64,000 bases of DNA. It comes from a bacterium. GTDB taxonomy: Bacteria; Patescibacteriota; Patescibacteriia; UBA1558; S5-K13. Each line of letters opens with the position of its first letter. Position 1 is the first letter of the stretch. Under the pieces are notes generated by a model. The model worked only from the letters and a program-made list of their open reading frames with translations, ran no database searches and was not told the DNA's origin. Location of the stretch: assembly GCA_029555085.1 (NCBI GenBank), contig JAKPTO010000014.1, positions 8,300-72,299 on the forward strand. Reading direction: 5' to 3'. Shown piece by piece: positions 1-7,836 of the stretch. Made by a program: the position numbers and the translations under genes.

Positions 1-84
1 ATCCATACTATCAAGGGCTTTAGGATCGCATCCGTAGAGATCTAAAACCATATGATATCCAAAAATTTTTCTAGGGTTTTTCAT
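1..84 (-). CDS. speD: S-adenosylmethionine decarboxylase family protein, N-terminus (runs off the window edge)
   Basis: Manual translation from ATG at 84: MKNPRKIFGYHMVLDLYGCDPKALDSMD; G-x-H-x3-D-L-Y-G-C-D matches the AdoMetDC N-terminal strand. Only 28 codons are visible and it is not in the ORF track. Confidence 0.7.
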   Translation of the reverse strand, partial: MKNPRKIFGYHMVLDLYGCDPKALDSMD

Positions 85-95
85 TTTGTTTTAAA

Positions 96-138
96 TTGAC
101 ATAATTATTAAAATATGCTAATAAAATATTAGCATATT
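96..138 (+). promoter_or_regulatory. Putative promoter with overlapping operator-like inverted repeat
   Basis: TTGACA at 96-101; perfect 12-bp inverted repeat aatatgctaata-aaa-tattagcatatt (112-138) over the expected -10 region; aaggaggag SD before ATG 169. Confidence 0.45.
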
Positions 139-168
139 AATTATAGTATAAAATTAAGGAGGAGTAAA

Positions 169-777
169 ATGACAAAGAAAAAAAATAATCTTCTGTCTAA
201 AATTTATTTGCTTCTTTTTTGGATAAGGAAAGTAAAAAACAATAGGGACAAAGATTTATTCGCTGATTTGTGGCAAAAAACTTGGCTTGATCAAGGATAT
301 GCCACGGAAACAACTTTAGCAGAATTAATAAAGCATTATCGCAAATATGATGAGTTTGCGGAAGACTTTATTCTTTATTTTCTTGGTAAACCAATTGGAA
401 CCATAAGATTAATTATTGGTAAATTATTGCCAGTTGTTGAAGATTTTGAAGTCGAGAGTCAATATAAAGATATCGCTAATATGGAAATCACACTAATGAC
501 TCTTGATCGTAAATTTCAAAGACATGATCATTTAGCATCTTTACTACTTATGAGAGTTTTTTATAGATTTGCAATAAAAAACAAATTCTATGGAGCTGTC
601 ATGGCAACAGATGCTAGATTATTTAAACTTTTGAACATCATGGGTTTTCACATGATCAAAATTGGTCCTGAGAAATTCTATGAAGGTTCAATAACAATTC
701 CGGCTTATATTGATCTTAGAGAGACAGAAAAAAAAGTCTCGAAAAGAAATCCGGATTTGTACAAATTTTTTTCATAA
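169..777 (+). CDS. GNAT-fold N-acyltransferase, FeeM (N-acyl amino acid synthase)/LuxI-like
   Basis: PIGTIRLI, LPV, MEITLMTLD..F and MGFHMIKIGPEKFYEG..PAYIDL motifs resemble the FeeM/autoinducer-synthase fold; strong SD. Confidence 0.65.
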   Translation: MTKKKNNLLSKIYLLLFWIRKVKNNRDKDLFADLWQKTWLDQGYATETTLAELIKHYRKYDEFAEDFILYFLGKPIGTIRLIIGKLLPVVEDFEVESQYKDIANMEITLMTLDRKFQRHDHLASLLLMRVFYRFAIKNKFYGAVMATDARLFKLLNIMGFHMIKIGPEKFYEGSITIPAYIDLRETEKKVSKRNPDLYKFFS

Positions 778-802
778 GAGACGAACTAGTTCGTCTCTTT
801 TT
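776..802 (+). terminator. Intrinsic terminator
   Basis: Perfect 24-bp palindrome aagagacgaactagttcgtctctt followed by T run, at the stop codon. Confidence 0.8.
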
Positions 803-825
803 ATATACTCGTAAGTTTTAATTTT

Positions 826-878
826 AAAATAAAAAATTGCCACTATTAATAGGCAATTTTATAGATCATCGTGTTAGT
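826..878. repeat. Degenerate copy of the tRNA-Ser 3' flank (11666-11715)
   Basis: aaaataaaaaattgccactattaataggcaattttatagatcatcgtg aligns by eye with aaaataaaaattgccatttaatagacaattttatatatcattgtg; both contain an aaaattg..caatttt hairpin. Confidence 0.7.
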
Positions 879-884
879 ACGAAA

Positions 885-947
885 TGGAGGTGTTTGTTGG
901 ATAAATTTTAGACCTTTTTTGAAGAAAATTCGGATTTGGAATTTTGA
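885..947 (+). pseudogene. Putative integrase/recombinase C-terminal remnant (att-proximal)
   Basis: Translates WRCLLDKF*TFFEENSDLEF*; parallels 7650-7706 and resembles the W-x7-RT-x-F tails I recall from CPR site-specific recombinases (not verified by search). Confidence 0.4.
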
Positions 948-1098
948 ATGCTCTATTCCGTTGCCACTCGCTGTTCCGCAAAAAATCATTCTTCGTAATT
1001 TTTATTTTATGCACACTCGATGCCATTTAGTGATCGCTTTTTAGATTGCTCTATTATAGGTTATCATTTTTCTAAATTCATATTTTTATATAATTTAC

Positions 1099-4000
1099 TT
1101 ATGCTTGTTTTTGACTATATTCATTATAGAGCACCTGAACCTCTTCCTTAGTTTTTAAACGTGGATCATCTATCAATTTAATTTTTTTAGAGCTACCATT
1201 CACAGTGCGTTCGTATACAATTGTATGTGTTTTTATTTCTTGACCTTCCACAATCAGTGTGTAGTCATTTTCTCGCACCTCAGTCGGAACAAAACCAGTT
1301 TTCTCCACAAGTTTTCTTGATGGAAGATTGATTTCAGAAACTCGAACCCGAAGACCTTTAAAATCCGGGATAGTATTTTTGGCGAAATCAAATATTTTGT
1401 TAATTGTTTCTGTTGCTACGCCCCTACCTTGCATTTCCGGAGTCAAGAACATACCACCTATATTGTAAAATCCAGGATTGTTTGGCAACTCATACAAAGC
1501 ACTCAGACCTATTATCTCATCTTCTGTGTCGCGAAGTGCCCATTTGTAGTCAACGGTTTTTTCATCTTGTTTCTTTATGCGTTCTTTGAGAGCAAAATAT
1601 GGGTAAAAAACATTGGAATTTTTTTCTGCCACACGATCAAGGTGCACGCGTTCAGCACGTGTTGTTTCAGTATAGTCATTGATACTACCGAAAGTAGTCA
1701 CCATCTCCCCTGATTTAAATTTTGCTCCATAACCAACTTCATTCATAACTCGCTCAATGAGTTGTGTTGTTTGCGCGACCCATTCAACAGCATAAGCATT
1801 TGTTTTAAGTTGTCCATTCGCATCAAGCAACAAAGTACGGTCATTTTCGTTTGGTTCATTGCCAATTTTTATAACAGATTCATCTCGAATACCGTGCGTT
1901 TCTTCTAAAAAGGCAAGTGCAGTAGATTTATTTATTCCACGCATTACTAAATCTAGTTGCTCGCCTCTATTAGTTGTAATAACATCAAGTCCAAGCGATT
2001 CTGCCAATTGTTGAATTTGAGATATCTCATCTTCCAAACCTACGCGTGATACTTTAATACCTTCATCATTTAAATCATAGAACGCGATATTGATTCTACG
2101 TTCATTGTTGTGAATATCAGCCAAAATATTTTCTCTGGAAAGCAGTGATTGAAGTCTGGTTATTTTTATATCAATTTCTTCAATAGTAAAATTTTGAACT
2201 AGTTCACCGTTGTGATAATATGCCGCTCCGGTATCGGCACTAATCTCAAAATTAGCCGGATTCATTCCATTGGTTTCCAAGATTTCAGCAATAGAATCGT
2301 ATTGTTTTCCCGAGCTAATCACAACCATAACACCGCGTTCATTAAGACGTTGTAATGATGCTACTGTTTTTGCGTTTATAAACCCTCCGTCTTCAAGTGT
2401 GCCGTTTAGATCCAGTATCACCGCTTTTGGTTTTTCTGTAAAAAATTGTTTGTCTTCTTCTTGTTCTTGCATTTCATAAGCTATACACAATTTACATAAT
2501 TCAGAAAAATCATTCGCCAACTCTTGTAAGTTTCTGTTTTCAAGACCGTGAGATAGGTACTTTTTACAAATTCGGACGAATTCACTATGAATAGGTTCAG
2601 GAATGCCTACATTTTTGTTTTGTATTGCGTCTAATTCTTTTTCAGGATATGGAAGGTTGCGCAATACCTCCGTAGAATTAGCGGATTTTACTTGCAGTGG
2701 GAACATGCCAGGATTTGTTTTATATATTTTTTGAACTAATACACCTAGAATACGCATCATTTGCTTTGCTTCATATACTTGCTTGTCGCCCTCGTATAAA
2801 GGATCAATAATGCGATACGTCCCATCTTGCTCAACCATCACATTTCGTAAATTGAATTGACCAGCAACGACGCCTCTTTCATGCAAGGAAGCAATATCCT
2901 TAATAACAGCTGAGATTTCTTTTAAAAACACAACCCATTCTTGTGGCTCTTTCATCTCGGCAACAATATCCTCTGCTTGATGGCCTTTAATAAGTTCCAT
3001 AATGAGCATATTGCGTTCGCGGTCATATTCATAACATTGCGGAAAACGATTAGCCAAATCGCCGGCTTGTTGTTGTAATGCTTGAGTGTATTGATATTCT
3101 TCATCCAAATATTGCAAACCGATTTTAATAGCAACCTTTTTACCACTTTCCTCATTAATTGCTTCAAAAACTTTGGATTCCTTTCCTAAGCCAAGCATTT
3201 TTGAGAATTGATATTTCTTCCCATCTATAATAAGTCCGCCTTTTTGTTCAAAAATGGACATCCAGATAGCTCGTTCTTGTGCAACAAAATCTTTAAATAA
3301 TTTATCTTTTCGGTTTTCTGGAAAATTTAATCGTTGCCACACCTCCAGTAAACTTTGAAAATCTTTTGTGATTATTGGATGACCGGATTCGTGTCGCATA
3401 CCGGTTATTCTACCAGCAATGCCATCGGCAAATTCAGGTAATCCGATCAAGACGCTGACAGTTTCTCCATTTTCTTTGGTTGCTGACAGAACAAACTGAT
3501 TAAACATGTGTGAAATAGAGTACTCTGTCCAACGCTCAAACGGAATGGCGCGATATATTGATTCAATATCTGTATACACCTGAGGATTACAATAGTTTTC
3601 TACGGTTATTTTATTTTTCATATGTTCAAAAACTGCAATATCAATAACCCCATTTTCGTAATTTTGTAGTGCTGTATGCAACAGCTCTGTCCCAATAATA
3701 TATGTCGCGACTTGTTCATCTTCTGGCCGTTTACCAAATACCGTGGTAATATCTAATGCTTCCAATAATTTTATTTTTGAAATAAATCTTTTTACATTTT
3801 TATCGCACTGCTCTCCGTCTGGTAAGCCAAATTCCATGAGTTGATTGTTTGTAATCATTGACTTTAGAAACATCTCTCTTTGTTTAAGTAGTTGTTCACC
3901 TCTCTCAGTATATTCTATGGTTGCATTACCAAACTCACCGACATTTACTGAATATTCTTTATCCCTAATGATTTGGCGATAGAAACTTAAAAGCATTCTA

Positions 4001-6186
4001 GAAAGCTCAAACTCTATTGATGATGCGTCACGTTCAGGACTGCCATTTATATCAATTAGTTGAATATTGCCTTCTTGATCCATTAAAATATTTCCGAAAT
4101 GTAGATCACCGTGAGTGAATTCAGGTATAACTGAATCGGAAAAATCACGATCAAGCATAGGAGTTGATTTTTTTACCCACTCAAGCAACGTGCTCATATT
4201 AACTCGTGTTTCGCCGTTTATTTTTATTAGCTCATGGCGAGCAAATTCTTGTAAATTTTTATCGTCAATATTTTGTAAGAACTCAAGACCGCGTTCAATT
4301 GAAGAAAGATGATGATCGGAAAAATATCGATCTTCCACATGTTTTTCTCCTTTTGACCACAGTTCTCGTTTTAAATCCATAAAAAGATTATTAAATTCGT
4401 TTTGTGTCACCTCTCTAGTTGGTTTTTTTCCAAAGTATTGGTCATCAAGCGAACCACCTTCAATAAAGGGTGATACATAATATACTTCATCATCTTTCAC
4501 ATTGCTATCAATCAATTCAGGTATAATGGAAATACCAACTTTCTGCATCTGACAGGTTCGTTGGATTTGTCGCAACAAATGTTCGTATTGATTTCCATAC
4601 GGCGCTCTTTTTATGACAAATTTTTTACCTTGCTCGTTTTCCATAATGCTGACTGATGCGCCCATTGATGTGCGTTTGTCCAAATTTCCTTCCTCGACCG
4701 GTTTTAATTGCTCATAGTAAAAAGGGTAATCATATTCTTCTATATAACGTGGGATGTATACATTATCTGAATCTCGCATCTGTTTATGTCCAAGAGGAAT
4801 CCATTTATATCGTTCATTGCCATTTTTATCTCGCTTCAGAGCGCGGGTTGTCAATCGATGATGTGGAAAATAATCCCAACCGGGAACGAGCTGAAAGTTC
4901 ATTTTTTTTGAGGTTCCATTTACGGTAATAGGTACAGCAGAAGGATTGAAGTCCAAAATACCCCGTCCATATTTTCCACCAGCATACTTTATTTCATTAA
5001 AGGCGCGATAATAAAATGCCATTCTTTTAATGTATTCTTCTTTGGAGTGTTTAGTATTAAACATATCTGGAGAAAGTGTTCCACGATAAAACGACATCCA
5101 ACTTTCAAGACTGCCCAATATATCAATGGATTCTATAAGTTCGTCCAGTTCTGTCGCTTGATTTTTTTGCAAAGCATCTTCTATTTCCAAATTTTTTCGC
5201 TCTTCTTGCTTTTCCTTCATGATTTTCATAAGAATGCTGAACAGTTCCCCGTTTTCTCGCAGAGTATCAATTGGGCTTTGATCGTCTTTAATATCTGGTA
5301 TATTGAATTTAGCAAATTCGGAACGATGAGAAGAGATGTATTTGTTTATCTTGGTGACGGCTGATTCATATTGTTGCTGTACGGTATCTTTTTTTTCTCT
5401 TAGACGATATTGCCATTTTTTTTCGTCCTGATCTTCAACATTTATCAAACATCGTCTTACTAATTCCGCCGCGTCAATAATTTTAACCGGATTTTCTCTA
5501 TTATCCATATCTTCTTTGTTGCGACCGGACTGAGCATATGCCTGCTCATTAAGTTTTTCTAAAATTTTAAGCGTTTCCTGTGTCTCGTCTTGGTATCTTC
5601 CCAATGCACGATATAAATTACCTTCATATCCAATATTAATTTGCAGGCCAGGTGAATAAATCGTTTCTGCGCCACGTGCGATTTGTTGCAAGTTGGAAAA
5701 AGCGAGATAATTTGCCATATCAGGCAAGAGTTGTCTATCAGAAATGTCCGGATTTTTAAATTTTGGAGAAAATGAAAGGCCAAAAAAAACAATAGGTTGA
5801 TTTTCTCTTATGGCTTCAACCATCGTGTGTATTATATTGGCGTCGTATTCTGGACTTCTATATGTACTGCCAGTTCTTCGTATTTCCCCTGGACGTCCAG
5901 ATAAATATTCAAGCAGAGCAACAGCTGTTACCTCGGGTGTTTTTTCAAATTCTCGTTTTTCTAAATTAGTAAGACCCTCAGGAGTATATTTTTCATAATA
6001 TGATCGTAGAGAATCCTTAATGCGTCTGGAAATCTGTCCAGGAAATATCGTACTTTCGGGAATAAAAGGAGGTTTGTACTCGGGAGTTGTTGGGTATTCA
6101 TTAATTTTATGTGATTCGTGGTTTTGCTCGATTATTTTTTGTTCTTGTTCTTTTTGTTGGTAATGTAAAGCATTTTTTTCTAGCAT
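1099..6186 (-). CDS. 1695-aa multidomain protein: DIT1/PvcA isocyanide-synthase-like + APH/choline-kinase-like + degenerate Ser/Thr kinase + Cof-type HAD + GNAT
   Basis: LSFSPKFKNP..LLPDMA..IYSPGLQINIGYEG and KMNFQLVP..FPHH (PvcA-like); HGDLHFGNI..IDING (APH); LGLGKESKVFEA..VAIK (kinase); ILDLNGTL, SSGK, GINKSTAL, GNEPNEND (HAD); PEMQGRGVAT, NLPSRKLVEKTGF (RimJ-type GNAT). Confidence 0.8.
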   Translation of the reverse strand: MLEKNALHYQQKEQEQKIIEQNHESHKINEYPTTPEYKPPFIPESTIFPGQISRRIKDSLRSYYEKYTPEGLTNLEKREFEKTPEVTAVALLEYLSGRPGEIRRTGSTYRSPEYDANIIHTMVEAIRENQPIVFFGLSFSPKFKNPDISDRQLLPDMANYLAFSNLQQIARGAETIYSPGLQINIGYEGNLYRALGRYQDETQETLKILEKLNEQAYAQSGRNKEDMDNRENPVKIIDAAELVRRCLINVEDQDEKKWQYRLREKKDTVQQQYESAVTKINKYISSHRSEFAKFNIPDIKDDQSPIDTLRENGELFSILMKIMKEKQEERKNLEIEDALQKNQATELDELIESIDILGSLESWMSFYRGTLSPDMFNTKHSKEEYIKRMAFYYRAFNEIKYAGGKYGRGILDFNPSAVPITVNGTSKKMNFQLVPGWDYFPHHRLTTRALKRDKNGNERYKWIPLGHKQMRDSDNVYIPRYIEEYDYPFYYEQLKPVEEGNLDKRTSMGASVSIMENEQGKKFVIKRAPYGNQYEHLLRQIQRTCQMQKVGISIIPELIDSNVKDDEVYYVSPFIEGGSLDDQYFGKKPTREVTQNEFNNLFMDLKRELWSKGEKHVEDRYFSDHHLSSIERGLEFLQNIDDKNLQEFARHELIKINGETRVNMSTLLEWVKKSTPMLDRDFSDSVIPEFTHGDLHFGNILMDQEGNIQLIDINGSPERDASSIEFELSRMLLSFYRQIIRDKEYSVNVGEFGNATIEYTERGEQLLKQREMFLKSMITNNQLMEFGLPDGEQCDKNVKRFISKIKLLEALDITTVFGKRPEDEQVATYIIGTELLHTALQNYENGVIDIAVFEHMKNKITVENYCNPQVYTDIESIYRAIPFERWTEYSISHMFNQFVLSATKENGETVSVLIGLPEFADGIAGRITGMRHESGHPIITKDFQSLLEVWQRLNFPENRKDKLFKDFVAQERAIWMSIFEQKGGLIIDGKKYQFSKMLGLGKESKVFEAINEESGKKVAIKIGLQYLDEEYQYTQALQQQAGDLANRFPQCYEYDRERNMLIMELIKGHQAEDIVAEMKEPQEWVVFLKEISAVIKDIASLHERGVVAGQFNLRNVMVEQDGTYRIIDPLYEGDKQVYEAKQMMRILGVLVQKIYKTNPGMFPLQVKSANSTEVLRNLPYPEKELDAIQNKNVGIPEPIHSEFVRICKKYLSHGLENRNLQELANDFSELCKLCIAYEMQEQEEDKQFFTEKPKAVILDLNGTLEDGGFINAKTVASLQRLNERGVMVVISSGKQYDSIAEILETNGMNPANFEISADTGAAYYHNGELVQNFTIEEIDIKITRLQSLLSRENILADIHNNERRINIAFYDLNDEGIKVSRVGLEDEISQIQQLAESLGLDVITTNRGEQLDLVMRGINKSTALAFLEETHGIRDESVIKIGNEPNENDRTLLLDANGQLKTNAYAVEWVAQTTQLIERVMNEVGYGAKFKSGEMVTTFGSINDYTETTRAERVHLDRVAEKNSNVFYPYFALKERIKKQDEKTVDYKWALRDTEDEIIGLSALYELPNNPGFYNIGGMFLTPEMQGRGVATETINKIFDFAKNTIPDFKGLRVRVSEINLPSRKLVEKTGFVPTEVRENDYTLIVEGQEIKTHTIVYERTVNGSSKKIKLIDDPRLKTKEEVQVLYNEYSQKQA

Positions 6187-6318
6187 ATGATTTTGTCAAT
6201 CTTGATTAATATAATTATCACAATATCCATTTTTATTCTTATTGCTTGCTATAACTTATTGAGTTAATATTTGTGTTTATATTTTAATAAACGTTTTTTT
6301 ATCATCATAGCTATATTA

Positions 6319-6359
6319 TTTTTATTTTCTCACAATTCAAACAAAAAGTAAAATAAAAA
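6319..6359. repeat. 41-bp exact direct repeat, copy 1 (possible minus-strand promoter)
   Basis: tttttattttctcacaattcaaacaaaaagtaaaataaaaa, identical to 11635-11675. Confidence 0.9.
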
Positions 6360-6472
6360 AATCGCTCTCAAAAAAGCGATTATTATTGATCTGTTTTGAG
6401 TGGATTTTAAAATTCAAAGTGAATTATTATTCCTCTTTGCTATTTAGTAATTCCAATGAATGGAGGTATTTT

Positions 6473-7465
6473 TTATTTCCTTACAAAAGTATTACAAGTG
6501 GAACAAGGAATGTCCACTAGATCTTTATTATTTGAATGAATTAATTTTTTGGAGAAAAAATTTCTTGAAAGTTTATAATATTTATTATTCCAAATATCTT
6601 TCAATTTTTGATTCAATATATTTCCATAAGAAAATCTATCAAAGTCCCCTCCGCAACATGGATACAAGCTTCCATCTGGTCTTATCATGCATCCTAAATA
6701 TAACCAAAAACAAGTTCGTTTATATGTTTTTGTTTTAGGGCTATCATTATTATCATCATATCCCAAATTTTCTTGTCTATATGTAATTCTGTCTACTTTT
6801 ATTTCTCTCAAAAATTCATCAATCTGATTTAACTCGTCTTTTATATGATTAAAAGTGACAACCTGAACATCTACAATGGGATATTTCTTTTTGTTTTTTA
6901 TTTTATACTCCATTACATCCCTTAAGCCCTGTTTTACAATTTCTACATCTCCACCTTGTCTATACTGAGAGTATTTCTCTTGTGAAAAACCATCCAAACA
7001 TGGTTCTAATACTGTAAGACCTGAGTCAAATAATTTTTTAATATCATCTTTTTTAAATAGATTAAAGTTTGTACTAATAAGAGTGCTTATGTTATTTTTG
7101 TTTGCATAAGATATCATCTCATATATATCTTTGTTTAGAAGTGGTTCGCCCATATCATACAATGATACACGAAGCGCGTATTTTTTTATTTTATCAATAA
7201 TACTTTTAAAATCTTCTAGTGTCATTATTCTTTTTTCTTTTGTATTGGTCTGCCATGACTGACACGATGGGCATCTTAAATTGCACGCAGAACATGGATC
7301 TATTCTATAAATAAATGGCCTCGAGATACACCTTCCTCGTCTAAATGTCATTTCAAGAAATGAAATAATAACATTTATGGCCTTAGTAAATGTCAAAAAT
7401 GGGAGTAATGAAAAAAAATGTCTTTTAATGAATAAACCTAGCTTATTATAAAATGAAAGCTTCAT
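6473..7465 (-). CDS. Radical SAM protein with SPASM/twitch domain
   Basis: CNLRCPSC (CxxxCxxC), GEPLL, STN, C-terminal CFWLY..PDG..YPCC..GNI....IWN..CSTC. Confidence 0.92.
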   Translation of the reverse strand: MKLSFYNKLGLFIKRHFFSLLPFLTFTKAINVIISFLEMTFRRGRCISRPFIYRIDPCSACNLRCPSCQSWQTNTKEKRIMTLEDFKSIIDKIKKYALRVSLYDMGEPLLNKDIYEMISYANKNNISTLISTNFNLFKKDDIKKLFDSGLTVLEPCLDGFSQEKYSQYRQGGDVEIVKQGLRDVMEYKIKNKKKYPIVDVQVVTFNHIKDELNQIDEFLREIKVDRITYRQENLGYDDNNDSPKTKTYKRTCFWLYLGCMIRPDGSLYPCCGGDFDRFSYGNILNQKLKDIWNNKYYKLSRNFFSKKLIHSNNKDLVDIPCSTCNTFVRK

Positions 7466-7649
7466 AGAATTACTTGTTAATAAAATTTATTAAAATATTT
7501 AATGCTAATTAATATATTAACTTAAAAAAATTTTCAAGTAAAGATGAATCAATAATCTTTTGTATATTTGGGACATCCTTGATCCCCAATGATCTGCGTA
7601 ATTTATAAAAAATCGTTTTTAAAATAATAATTATTTAGCTAGTTATTTA

Positions 7650-7706
7650 TGGTGGTGTGCGTTCGAAAAAATTTGAACTGATTTTGCTCAAAATTTATAT
7701 GGCTGA
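7650..7706 (+). pseudogene. Putative integrase/recombinase C-terminal remnant, second copy
   Basis: Translates WWCAFEKI*TDFAQNLYG*, in register with 885-947, with the stop at the same codon. Confidence 0.4.
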
Positions 7707-7836
7707 CGAAAATCCCCTCCCAATCCTCTTCCTTTTTGTCCACCTGCCTAGGCTTCGCTCCTAAAACTCTTGGGCAAGATATTTTTTTGGTGTAATTCAT
7801 AAAGTTAAATATATCTCTTCATGCACTCGCTAAATT

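Noticed and set aside
7650-7760. Possible tRNA (tggtgg..gttcgaa)
   Set aside because: No cloverleaf can be built; better explained as an att/integrase remnant.
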